Below, piece after piece: positions 10,401 to 21,408 of a stretch of DNA of 64,000 bases. This DNA is from Amoebophrya sp. A120. Taxonomy: Eukaryota; Protista; Dinoflagellata. Both the position numbers and the translations under genes were made by a program. The stretch spans positions 10,345,489-10,409,488 of the forward strand of contig CAJINV010000003.1 of the NCBI GenBank assembly GCA_905178155.1, read 5' to 3'. The notes beneath the pieces were generated by a model. The model worked only from the letters and a program-made list of their open reading frames with translations. It did not search any database and had not been told where the DNA came from. Numbering within the stretch: the stretch's first letter is position 1; every line of letters starts with the position of its first letter.

Positions 10401-12197
10401 GGTCTTTTTGCATGCGGAGACTTTTCGACGCCTTTTGGCTTTCGCCGATGCCCTGACACTGGGTGGAACACTGTCTGCGTGGTTGATGCCTGGATCCCAG
10501 CACCCCCCGCGCTCGCAGATCATATTGCCAACATTGCCCCCAGACAGACTTTGCGCGTTGGTATAATCTAGCGCGGTGCTTGGTTTCTCCAGCCTTTTCC
10601 TTTCCCCGATGGGGGGAAGGAAAGGCCGCTCCCCTCCTACCGATCCGGACGGATCAAAAATCGCGCAGGATCCGCCAGATAGAACACCAACGGCGACGCT
10701 GGTCCGTCCCATTTGCCTAGCTGACGCCCGGCCCCTGCAGCTTGTCAGCACATCAAACCGCCGGCGTTTCCATGAAAGTAAAGCCGGCGCGTGAGCGTGC
10801 GCGCGTGCGAAAGAGAGAGAGAAACTTCGGAGAGCGTGCGAAGGCCTTGGCGCTGTCGTCGCTGTGAACAGGCCAGCAACTTCCGAAGAATTGCGAGCCC
10901 TTTCGGAAGAGTAGAGAAGTTCCCGCCTGGCCAACTCGCCGGCGCGGTTGGGGAGAACCTTGCGCACGTCGCGCGTGTCGACTTTAGCGCACAGCTGCTG
11001 CTGGTTTTGCGCAGCTTTTTCGTCGAATAGCCGCACTGCTTTCGCTTGCGTTCAAGATGATCGCGAAGACCTCCGCGCGGAACTGAGCGGCTGCGCCCGG
11101 TTGCTCGGCCCTGGAGCGCGTGCAGTGTGGTCGTTTGGCCTTGCCCCCATGCCCTTGCTTGGTCGAGTGTATGACGGAGAACGAGGCTGAGACTCCGCGC
11201 CCCGTCGCTTGTCCCATCCCTCTGGATCCGTCGACGATGTTTTCGGTTGGAGCGGTGTGCGTTCATTGTCGTGCTGATGGTGTAGCTCCCAGCTGCTTCA
11301 CTTCGTTCTGCGTAGGTTCTGGTCTTAAATTCCCACCCAGCGTCGTCCTCCCCAGGAATGACTCGGACACTGCACATTTTCACGGCGTGGCTGCATAGTA
11401 GATTTGTGATGCTGCACACCTAGCGGAGAGATACTTTCACTTGCAGACCGTCATCTGCAATTTTTTTGCACCAAAGAAAAACTGTTGCAGTTGAGATTGT
11501 TTCAGCTGAGGCTTCCATAGCGAGGTGTTGGAGCAGTGCGCCGCGGAACAGAATGTGGCCTTCGTCGAGAAAAAGGGATTTGTTTCAGCTTCTGGTATAT
11601 GCCTTGCAGCTGTATGTGTATCGTATGCATTTTAGAATTGGTGCTCGAGAGAAATATACATATAGAGAAGTCGCGAGAGGTGGATGAAAATTTTTCATGC
11701 AGAGGCAGATTCAGGTATAGACTAAGATGAGATTATTTGTCATGCATGCAAGACTAAGACAAAATTTAGATACGAATGCGATACTTCTTTGGCAGTATAC
11801 GGAAAGCAGTGGTTCACATTCGGGAAGAAGCACTTCATTTTATGCATAGCAAATATGTCTGAGTCTGAGTCAAGAACAAGGTAGAAGAGTGCAAGTTTGT
11901 ACTGCTAAAATCCCTGTCATTGTCATGCAAAAATAAAATGCAAGCTGCCAGCGAAGGGAAGAGAGCGAAACACCATAGGACCTCGAAAACTTGTCTTTGT
12001 CATGCGTGGCTGGTGCATATCGCAGCGCGCTCACGACCATTCACAAACTAGCATCATAAGTTTCCCGACTCAGACATATTTGCACTCGATGCATGTACTG
12101 GGAAAACGACATCTGCTTCTACACCACGAGTCTGCAAGCCAAGGACAAAATTTTTCCGACCAGTCTCGAGAACCTGTTGCAGATTGTCAAAAAATGA
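4424..12197 (+). CDS. TFIP11: Tuftelin-interacting protein 11 / Ntr1-Spp382-like G-patch spliceosome disassembly factor; exons approx. 4424-5028, 5625-5680, 5986-7698, 8054-8661, 11525-11597, 11805-11847, 12095-12197
   Basis: G-patch (LAYMKKMGWKGGGLGVDEQGRANPL), MRIVDMT motif, LLLLAEELFFQPL, and a spliced C-terminus MGLREVLEQCAAEQNVAFVEKKG..GKQWFTFG..MYWENDICF..FPTSLENLLQIVKK* that resembles the TFIP11 C-terminal pattern (FKDLIE..IVFMP..GKQLYTFG..WVPTSLQSL). Confidence 0.88.
5029..5619. mobile_element. Introner-like intron 1 of TFIP11 (TATGGC(C/T)TTCTCAA family)
   Basis: Ends TATGGCTCTCTCAA and TTGAGAAGGCCATA; TSD GACGA/GGCGA; removal of element plus 5 nt gives in-frame EEDD-RKKPDQ. Confidence 0.85.
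5684..5983. mobile_element. Introner-like intron 2 of TFIP11 (TATCCTGTGCAAAAGTATCG family) carrying a nested element
   Basis: Ends TATGCAGTGCAAAAGTCTCGCTCTCGT and TATACGACTGCGATACTTTTGTACGGCATC; TSD AGGCT/AGGGG; a 305-nt GC-AG removal (5681-5985) gives in-frame GGATG-EKSTRD. Confidence 0.8.
5792..5913 (-). mobile_element. Diverged copy of the 109-bp MITE/introner family, nested in intron 2 in opposite orientation
   Basis: TATCCAGGAAAA...TTTTCCTGGATA TIR; interior aligns by eye to the reverse complement of 22819-22927. Confidence 0.85.
7699..8048. mobile_element. Introner-like intron 3 of TFIP11
   Basis: Ends TATCCTGAATAAGAAC and GTTTTTCCACATGATA; removal of element plus 5 nt deletes the TGA at 7704 and joins in frame to NRRRHNCSNALLLLAEELFFQPL; TSD is decayed. 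Confidence 0.7.
8662..11519. mobile_element. 2.9-kb introner-like intron 4 of TFIP11 with nested GC-rich insertion(s)
   Basis: TATG...CATA ends; TSD GTGAG/GCGAG; in-frame join MGLRE-VLEQCAAEQ; right end GCTTCCATA is identical to that of 28560-28970. Confidence 0.8.
11598..11799. mobile_element. Introner-like intron 5 of TFIP11
   Basis: TATGCC...GGCAGTATA ends; TSD TGGTA/CGGAA; right end TACGAATGCGATACTTCTTTGGCAGTATA resembles the 29393-32201 TIR; in-frame SASG-KQWFTFG. Confidence 0.75.
11848..12094. other. Non-canonical intron 6 of TFIP11 with a perfect 17-bp inverted repeat
   Basis: GCAAATATGTCTGAGTC (11849-11865) pairs with 12067-12083; direct repeat ATGCAT at 11842-11847 and 12089-12094; in-frame join FILC-MYWEND. 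Confidence 0.7.
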
Positions 12198-12543
12198 TGA
12201 TCTTCATGATGCAGCATTTGCTGCATTATGGCGATGTGCGGCAACAGTAGTGGTACAACTAGTACTCAGAATCAGAAACCTACGCTCAAAGCGACCACTC
12301 TGACCACGGGTCCGCCGTACTCGACTGTTGATTTGCCCTTTTACAACAACGGCTGACAATTGCACTTCCCCATTTAAGAGTATGAGTAAGACTGAGCCAT
12401 GGAGCACAGTATTGAAAACGAAAAGCCAGGTGAAGGTGAACAAGAAGTGTCACACCTTCGCCACCCCATGATAAGACATAGTTGGACCAGATCCAAGCAC
12501 CAGGTAAAAGGCAATAAATTTGACAAGTAGATCATATTTATAG

Positions 12544-13786
12544 ATCATTCAGAGGCCGTGCGATTAATGGGCCCCCTTTTCGATACCGAAAAGGGGGGGG
12601 TAGGTGCGGTCGGTCGTCTGGCGGGCCGTATCCAGACATGGCCGGGTGACCAGTTTTCCATCCTTTCCGGACTTCAAAAATCTAAATCCGCAACTTCCTG
12701 CCCCGGCAAAAAAGCTTTCGTTTTGTTTGCTGCGGTTTCTCAGCGTGTCTCTCTTCTGCTGCGGTTTCTGCGGTGTGGCTGGAACAGAATGAAACAGAAC
12801 GACAGAAATTTCTTGGGCGCGCGCGGCGCGCGCGCGGATCGGCATACGGATGCGACAACAGAAAACGCTTAAAGCGCGTGACGCGCGCGCGCAAACTGAA
12901 AAGAAGCTCGCGGCGTGCGCTGGTGTGCGCGCACAGCGGAGAACATGCAGTGGAGAACGTGCCGCCCTAGTGACCGAAGTGGCCGTCTCAGCTTTTCCAA
13001 ATGCAGGAAGTGCTGGGATGGTCGCTGCAACAACCCGAGGGTGGTTGTGCAATGCTGCGCTCTAAGTAGCTGCCTCCTGGTGGTCTATTGCGTCGCAGCG
13101 CCGTTTTTGTGCAATAGAGCTACTTCGCAGGAGAAGAAGCTTCGTCGTGATGCATTGCGAACCGCCTTCGTTTTTGAGCAGTAGAGCTGCTCCACAGTGA
13201 GTTCACCTCTACAAACTGCGCCCAAGCTACTGCGAAGCAGTTCTTTTTTTCCGCGGTAGGTCCACGGTCTACGTCTACAGCTACCAAATGGGATTGCTAT
13301 CAAGTTGGAGATGATTTCCTCCAGGGTACTAGCTGCGCTGCTGCGAGGTTCTGCGAAAGAAAGCCGCCCCCTTTGTCTTGGGAGAACAAACGGGGCCGGC
13401 TTTATTTTGAGAAGCAGAAAGCGCGTCGCTTGCGCTTTCCTTCTCTTGCGCTTTTTTTGTTTTAAAGAAAAAGAAAAAAGAAGAACTCGCTCCATAACGT
13501 CGGCACTGTGTACTTTGCGCACGGTAGTGCGCCTCACAACCAAGCGAAGCTAGCTGTAGCTGGGCACCGCATGTGGCTGCGCTTTTGAAAAAACAAAGCG
13601 GCGAAAGGCGTCAAGCGCGCCGTGCCGCCCGGATTCAGATTCGCGATAGGTTTCGCGATAAACAGCCCCCGGATTTCGAAAGGGGGGGCGTGGGGGGGGG
13701 TAAGGTCGGTCAGATTCCCGCTTCTACCCTCCTTTTCGGTATCGAAAAGGGGGCCGATTAATCGCGCAGCCTGAGCCTCATTAGAT
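12544..13786. mobile_element. 1.2-kb TIR element with hairpin-containing TIRs and a 13-bp flanking direct repeat
   Basis: GCGATTAAT(G/C)GGCCCCCTTTTCGATACCGAAAAGG at about 12560-12594 and inverted at about 13731-13765; ATCATATTTATAG at 12531-12543 and 13787-13799. Confidence 0.85.
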
Positions 13787-13883
13787 ATCATATTTATAGG
13801 CTATCGCTATAGACTATTACTATTATGTTTATGATCATCATGCTAGCAAGATGATGACGATGATGATGATTTCCTCCGCCCGG

Positions 13884-13980
13884 ACAGGTTCAAAATGAAA
13901 ATCGACAAAAGGAAAGACGTTTGTTGACTGTCTGATCGTTCCACGGTCCGCATGAGATCGGAGTAGTGTTCAAGGTGGCA
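13884..13980 (+). repeat. Dispersed ~90-bp repeat, copy 1 (copy 2 at 26818-26897)
   Basis: CAGGTTCAAAAT..CGACAAAAG.AAAGACGTT..CTGTCTGATCGT..GAGATCG..TGTTC.AGGTGGCA is shared by both copies. Confidence 0.8.
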
Positions 13981-16428
13981 TTGAAACGCCGTTGCTTAAT
14001 CGGAGCTAAAACTTGATAAAGATACTTATTTTTCGGAGGATGTCGATCTCTAACTCTATGTCATATTCATATGAACGAAGTTTCCCACTTGACACACCGC
14101 GCCGCACCACATCAGCAGCAGAGCCGGCGTTGGATCGCGATACTTATTGCCGCAACGGTATCACGGGCGAGGAAAGTCGCCAAACGGCCTGCCTTGCCCC
14201 CCCTCCCGAAATTTGTGCAGGGCCCCCGGAAGCCGCCGCCGCTTTGCGGGCCTCAGAATCGGCCTCGTTAGGCCGTTTGCGGGCCTCAGAAAAAGCGTCA
14301 GGATTGACCTCGGGCCCCGGCAGCTGGACTCGCGGCAAAAACATAGCTGGAAAAGACTTGGAAGAGACCGCAAACCCGGGGCGGCTGCTTTGCGACCTCT
14401 GCAAGCCAATCCCGGCGGCGTCATGGTTGACGGGGGTCGTTAAGTTGAGCCCTGCCAGTGTGTGCGTATGGTTGGGGGAAGTTTTTTGCGCCTTGTTCTG
14501 GCGAAGCACATTCATTGCCGGAGGTGGCGCATTGTTGCCGCCGCTCCCTTCGGCCCCCCCGCAACAAGTTGGAACGCCGTAGCAGCGGGGCAAAGAAAAA
14601 AGCGTCACGGTCTGGCCGCGACGGTATGGCGGCGGGCCGCCGCTTTTGCGGTTCTTTTCCTTTTTGGTACACAGTGGCACCCTGCCAAAAAGTGCTACGC
14701 CCTAGCCCCGACACCCTGGGCCGCGTCGCGGTTTTTTGATTGCGTATTTTTGCGCATCACGGAGGGCGCCCCGCCGAAAAGCACCACGCGCCCCGCCTGG
14801 TGGCGTGTTACTTCCGGCGTTATGGAATTTGGCCGCAAGTTCGCGCGTGCGGCGGCAGGGCGCAGGCACTGAGAGGCAGACCAATAAAAAAGGCCGCAAC
14901 CCTTCTTCTGTCTAGCCCGAAAGAAGTAACGCAAAAGAGGCCGCATTTTGGGAAGCCTTAGCCTACGGTTGGAGCGTGTTGACGGGCGTCTATGAAGAAC
15001 AGCAATGCCCAAACTCTCACCGTGTTCAGAGCGCACAGCAGCGAGCGCCGCAAATCTGTGAGGATCGGGATTTCGCGAAAAGATCTTGCCCGCAGCGCAA
15101 AACGTCAACCAACAACAAAACGAAGGAGACCAAGAATTCTTCAGGGCGACTCAAAAAAACAGACAGGAACTCCTCACCAATAGAAAGCCAGTTCTTAGTG
15201 GAGGTTCGTTGTGCTTGCAAATGATGCGAAGACAATCACGAGTGAAGAAGTTTGCTTTTGCGCCGTTGCAAAAAAATTTTGAGCCCCGAAAAGAGTTAGG
15301 GACTTCGAGACTAAGACGCGCGGCAGACTGCAAAAGCGCGACGCAGTTCGTACCTTCTGTTCCATCTCTGGAAAAATTAAAATGCGCGAAGCAAATTTCG
15401 ACGCTTTGCGTTGCCTTCTAACTATGTGAAAATAAAAAACGTAAACCGCCCGACCGAGAGGAATCAGCGCTCAGCGTTCCGCTAAGCATTGAACTGCTAC
15501 TCCGTGGAGGTCTCGCCAGGGGCCTCCTTTAGGCAATTTCGGGTTCTGATTTCAGAATAGATATTCGAGACCGTTAGGGGTCGGGGCTCTCCTTTTGAGC
15601 CTCACCTGCGAAGTGCCGTTCTGTTTGGCTCTAGGAGAAAATAGAGCGCCGGGAATGCAACCTGTGGAGGTCGGAGGCTTCCTTCAGGGTCTCCTTTAAG
15701 GTCTCCCTCGCAAGGTTTGCTCGTGATTAGACGCAGAAAAGAGCGCGCCAGAGATAGTGCGACCTCTCGCGGTCAGGGCTCTCATCGTTTGAGGTCACTT
15801 TGTAGCTCTCTAAAGCTATAGCGCCGTCGTGCAAAGCCAAATGTTTTTTTTGAAGCTCTATGGGTTTTCTTTTGTGCAGATTGTGGGTCTTCTTGAGCGT
15901 CGACGACGTCAGGTCTTTAGTTGAGTTGGTTACTGTCTATCGGTCTCATCTTCGGCATGCTTGTCGCACATGAAGTCGAAAAATTTGTGAGTAAGTGTGG
16001 TCGGCCACCCGGAGCATCCATTGTTCGAGTGGAAATCAGATAAATTTCCAAGATGGTTATGGTTTCTTATTCTCTCGTCGCACGATGTACGAGGTTATAT
16101 TTTTATCGAGAAGCAGCAGCTGAAACATAAAACGAGGTCGCCGCTGATCCCAACCCTACTGATAATCAAAGACGAAGATGACGAGACGAGAATAAAAAAT
16201 CAACAAGCTGCCTGCGACTCCGTAAGTGAGACAGCGAAGGCGAACCACTGGACAGAACAGAGGAGATAAATGAAATTCGCATTTTCTTGGCTGCCGCTCC
16301 ACATACTTTGCCGCTGCAGGAAAAAGTGCAAAAGAAAAGGAACATATCTATGCAAATACAACTGTCCACTAGAAGAAATTTTCGGGGTGGTAGTGGATGC
16401 CGCATGTCGTGACAAGGTCGTGGTGCCG

Positions 16429-19400
16429 ATGGCCCTTCACTCTAGCATCACTATGCGAGTATTTGCAAAGGACATGCTGCCTCTTGCGCCTGCTGTTCCA
16501 AACACATTGAGGAGCCGGAGGTGCCCATGTTGTCTGGTGCTTGCTTCTCTTCTTTTATGCCTCCACGATGGCCCGGTGTCAGTTACTGCGCTTTCCCAGC
16601 AACGGGTACTGGTAAAGAAATGGAAAATGGTAAAGAAGCGTGCTGCAGCTCGACGGGAACAGAAAGCAGTTGACGCTGGCTACGATGAGCAGCCGGCTTC
16701 GGCGCTAGTTGCTCCCAAGACAAGCCACAGCACGGCGCACTACGACCACGATCCACATCGCGACCAGCGCTTACACACCGGTCGGTGGAGCTCCTTTTTC
16801 GACATGGGGCAGAGCTCCGTTGAAACTTCGGGCAAGCCTCTGCACCTTCAGCAGCAGATAGAATCTCAAGGGGTGCGCGTTCCTTTTTTTGTGTACGATA
16901 ATCACGAATTGACAATGAACAATTGGTATGAATTGCAAAACTCTCGTACTCGTAGAAAGGCATTACAAATTTCCTCATCGCGACAAATGGTAATGGACCC
17001 TCTTATGCTGATTCAGCTTGAAAAAGCATGGGAAATTTGTCGTGCATGATGACTGCGATTAGTACGAGCGCGATACTTTTGCACAGGATAATTGGACGCA
17101 CGTCTGTGTAACCGAGCGTGATTGCGCGGACGTCTCGCTTTTGCAGGCATTGCGAAAACATCCGTGGCGGACTGCGTCACCGGAGGACGCCGAGATTTTT
17201 GTCGTGCCGACACAATTTTTGCAGTCGCGCCAGCTCGACGAAAAAAGAAAAACCGGGGGGGGCAAGAACCGCGGACACGATAGACGCACGCGCACAGCGC
17301 TCAACTGGCTCTTCACGCAAAGTCCCTGGTTTCGCAGAAGGCAGGGGCGCGACCACCTCTTGTTGGCGAACCCCTGGTACTTTTCTCGTTTGACGACCGA
17401 CGAATATCGCGACGGAGAATACCCCTGGCCCCGCGCATACCCAAAAGAAAAATATGTGATGCGAATTTGTGGCCACCATTCAATTGGAATTGCAATTCGC
17501 AAAAAGGCTGGCGCCGAGGTGCACGCCGCGTTATGGAGTCGCTTTGTCATATTGTTGGGCCTACAGAGCGGGCGCCGCCTATGCTAAACCAAGAATAGGC
17601 CCGCGCGCTCCTAGAGAGCAGGCTGGGCCTCTGCCTGGCTTCCGTTCCGTAGTTTACAGCAAGACAGATCTCCGCTCTAATCTGGGTCTGGCTTTGGCTA
17701 TGGGGCGCGGGGTTTCTTCATTTTGATGCCGTACGAGATAAGTGCATACCAAAAGATGCGTGGCCAGCTTTGAGCGAGACCATCCTGACGCGAGAAGAAG
17801 TAGTACACATGTCATCCTGGGAAAACTCTTTCAAAAGAGGCCCGAAAGCCTGGTGGCGACACCCGCAGAATTTGTTCTCCGTACCATGGGAGTCGACAAA
17901 ACGTAGCGTCGTGACTCCAATTGAGATGTACCCCGATGTGCAAGTTGTGCCCGCGGAGTTCACGCCAGCTTGGAAAAATCGCCAGCACCTGATTTTCTAC
18001 CACACGCGAAAACCGGCGTCCTATCATTTGGGAGACCTTCAGGCAATGGAATTTGTTGCTTCCGCACCCATTCAGATAGAAGTGCTGAGTAGAGAGAAGA
18101 CATTCATATTTGTATTTCTTTTGCCCGTGTTTTTGGGGGGAATGAAGAAAGTATCTATAAAGTTAAGGATAGGAGTCGTTAACTATAAAGCCGGCACATT
18201 TGTTCCGGACGAATTTGATACATGTAGTCGCGGACTAATGCAGGCTGGAGCTGGTGCCTTTCGGATTAGCTCCGGAATGTGAAGGCTTTGAAAGCTTAGG
18301 GTAAGGCTTCAAAGCCTTAGATTAAGGCTCCTAAGATTTCAAAATCTTAACATTCCGGATTAAACCGTTTGCGGATTTATCCGAGGAAGACATCAGTTTT
18401 TATATGTAGTAAGGCCAAGAACTACGCTCTAAGCTAGCGGCTTCTTTGACAGGCATCACGCAAAACGACCGGCAGTGTTCATTCGGCCGGCAGGTTTTTT
18501 GCACAACCGTAAAAAGTCTCCATTTCTCAATCGGGTGGGGCTTTGAGTTTGATAGCAAACAAGCCCGGACGGATCCTATCGGTTCCCGATTGTGATATGA
18601 TAAAACGACGCACACGCAGGGGACGAGCCGGCAAAAGGGGCGCCCTTCTGAGGCGCCCGCCGCATCTGCTTACGCCGATTCGGGGCGCCCAAAAAGGGAC
18701 GCGCAGCAAATGCCTCGAATTTCAACGCCGCGCATCCCCATGGTACGCATTGGCCCTTCTTGTGCCCATTTTTGGAGGTCGCAAAGCCGGCCGCAAAAGC
18801 CGGCCACTTGTAACGCGGGGGGCAATCCAGCAGGTGCGACTTTTAAACAAAAAAAAGAAATAACTTCACAGGCCGCCAAAAGCAGGAAGCTAGCCAATCC
18901 GCATGCTATCGGCCCGCTTTTGGGGGCCAATAGGGTCGGCCCTGGTGGAGCCCCTGGCGGGGTCATAGCGTGCTCCTGGAAAAAGTTTCATCTCTGAAGT
19001 CTGCGCCTCGGGGCCGGCCGCGGCCTCGAGACGCTCTACCAGAGACTCGCTATCTTTCTGGGTGGTGTAGGTGCAACAGACAGGGGCCTTGCTTTTTTTC
19101 CGTTTACTTTAGCAGGCCAGCGGGGCAAGCCAGACTGATAGAAGGATCGGCCACGGCTTTAGGGTCGTGCGTGTACGATTGAGGAGCCCTAGGTCAAGAG
19201 GGGGCAGCAAAGTGCAAGCGGCTTCGTGTTCCCCACGGCGCTCGGTGGCGTCGGGCTGGTCGTTTCTTGACTACGCGCGAAGCAAGTGGCCGGGCATTCG
19301 CTTGGGGCCGGCGGGAGCTTCCTCTTCGACATCGTTAGGGTCTAGGTTTGGCCGGCCCTTGACCCTTACCCGGTCCGTGGCTTTCGGTGGTTTCCCTACA

Positions 19401-21408
19401 ATCTCCTGAACACTAAGGGCGGACAGGCACAGGTGGCAACCCTGGTCGACCCCAAGCGCAAACGGCTACCCGTCCACTATTCAAACGGGCGGCGTCCGGG
19501 CGTTGACGTCTGTGGTACGCATACGGCTGGCGAACAGCCCAGCGCATGCAATTAACCTGGAGGAGGTTAGCGCATCACTGTGGCAGTTCGTGGCAAGCTC
19601 GCCGGATAGTTTTAGTTTAGCTGCTGGCTGGGCTTCTATGTCGAAGCAGCTTGCTTCGCATTGTCTTCCTTTGTTTCTTTCTGCTAGCCCTGACCTCGGA
19701 CTGACTACCAACCCACAGGAAGTTCTCCTCGCCTCCTCCTTCAAGCCAACTTGTTTGCGATGGAAAATCCACAAAGCAAAGCGGCCACGCGTTAGAACTA
19801 GGGGAGCTTTTCGCCACGGCTGCGGTGCGTATTTTTTTGCTGGGAAGATTCCCCTCCTCCTGCTCGCGTTTTCTAGATAGGAGCCGAAGCATAACACGCG
19901 GAGGACTAATTTTGATGAGCCCGCTAGGCCGTGGCAGATTTCTCCTCCAGCCGGAAACTGTGCGCATTTTTACCCGGGACAACCCGGCGCAAATTGGAGG
20001 AGGAGGAGAAGCACGCGACCCCGTGCCCGAGGCCGAGCAGCGCATGTGTTGCGTTCTAGGGCCGAGGCCTACCGCCGCGTAATTAGCGTTCTAGCACCTA
20101 CTCAAGATGAAGCGCGTGGCTGTTTCTATTGGGGTTCATCTGTATAGTGCTTTGCGTATGTGTGTAGCGCCGAAGGTCCAGCACGCACTCATGAAGCCCG
20201 ACCGCGACCGGGTTACGATCTTACGTATGCAAACCACGAGGATGGAACGAAGTGACTTCTACATGGCGCCCGCGCGAATGCGGGCGCTATAAATACTCAG
20301 TCCAAGACGTAGCCCCTTTCTTCCTGCTTCGTGTTTACTGCGGTAACATTACAAACCTGTGGGAAGCATTCGGAGCGAGCTGATGTCTCAGACTCAGACT
20401 CGAGCTGGTATCTCAAAGTCAAGCGCGAGCTGGTGCCTCAAACTCAGACTCGAGCTCGATTCTCAAACTGAGGCTTGCTGCTGGGCTTCTAGCTGACGCC
20501 TGCGCTCTTTTATGCCATAGCAGTTTAGTAATATCTCCATCTCGATAGCTATACTGTTGGCCGCATTGAGTGGCCAAAGCTGCTACCGGAGTGCGTAGGT
20601 CTTTCAATCGCCACAAGCGCCTCAATCTCTCAGCAGACAGGGCGCAAGCCTCTGGCTGCGTTGCATCCTGTGGGCACGGCCCACAGGATGCAACTGCGTG
20701 CGCACTGCGTCTCATCATTCAAGGCCCAGCGTCGTGCGTCATCATCTCGCCACAGGCTCTGAGGCCCCAGATCTCTAGTCATTCTGGGACCTACTCCCCA
20801 CTCTTTGCGCCCAGGTTTGATCTAGGTAGGAGACCCCTGATAAAGTTTCGACCAAGGACTTGGCCAGATTCTGGGACCTCAGGAGGCCGGCCAGATCGAT
20901 ACCGTAGAAGCCTGCGCAAGGTTTGATCTAGGGCGGCCGTCCTGGGTAGAGTTTTTAACAAGGGCGGACGTTCTAAGTAAAATCCTAACCAGGGAGCTAC
21001 CAAGCCTGAGAACAGAGCGCGAATCCTCTGGAGAGCCTGACCCGCTCCCGGATCTCATCAAGTCACCACGTGAATTCGGAGAGCAGGCATTTCGGGATCT
21101 CATAGGAGCTGCAGTCCTGCGTAGAGGTAGGGTGTAGATCGCATGGCCAGCGTGTACAGTGATAGGATTGCCAGTGCGCAAGGTGAAGGTAGAAGCGTCG
21201 CGATATGTATCGGATTCGGATGCAAAATTTCAGATTGGCTTTCCAGCGCAGCTTCATAGTATCGGCTTCGGTGCAACTTCGCTTCGCCACTTACCGACCA
21301 AGGACCCAAAGTTGTGGCCCGGCTGTGATATCGGATTCGATACGACTCGAGAGAAGTGGGTCCGTGGCTGGAAGGACGCAAAGTTTTGCCTTGTTATCCG
21401 CGGAGACA
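16429..21408 (+). CDS. Exostosin-family (GT47) glycosyltransferase, 3' end not located; exons approx. 16429-16926, 17096-17404, 17746-18021, 21264-21408
   Basis: N-terminal hydrophobic segment; VPFFVYD; LLQALRKHPWRTASPEDAEIFVVP; SPWFRRRQGRDH; FYHTR; WKDAKFCLVIRGD, all typical exostosin motifs; the expected GCIPV motif was not found. Confidence 0.85.
16927..17090. mobile_element. 164-bp introner (TATCCTGTGCAAAAGTATCG family) in the exostosin gene
   Basis: Ends TATGAATTGCAAAACTCTCGTACTCGTA and TACGAGCGCGATACTTTTGCACAGGATA; perfect TSD ATTGG; in-frame NNW-THVCVTERDCADVSLLQAL. Confidence 0.92.
17405..17740. mobile_element. Introner-like intron in the exostosin gene
   Basis: Ends TATCGCGACGG and CCGTACGAGATA with further imperfect pairing; removal of element plus 5 nt joins the frames of ORFs 17141 and 17770; TSD is decayed. 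Confidence 0.6.
18022..21258. other. About 3.2-kb intron of the exostosin gene (TAT...ATA ends) filled with nested repeats
   Basis: Removal of element plus 5 nt gives in-frame FYHTRKPAS-GFGATSLRHLP; TIR and TSD are weak, so boundaries are approximate. Confidence 0.5.
18262..18367. repeat. About 105-bp foldback/MITE-like element
   Basis: TCCGGAATGT (18271-18280) pairs with ACATTCCGGA (18350-18359); internal AAGGCTTTGAA pairs with TTCAAAGCCTT. Confidence 0.75.

Noticed and set aside
13860-13936. C/D box snoRNA (TGATGA...CTGA) or tRNA B-box (GGTTCAAAAT)
   Set aside because: TGATGA is part of a GAT microsatellite and is absent in the homologous copy at 26818; no cloverleaf or A-box
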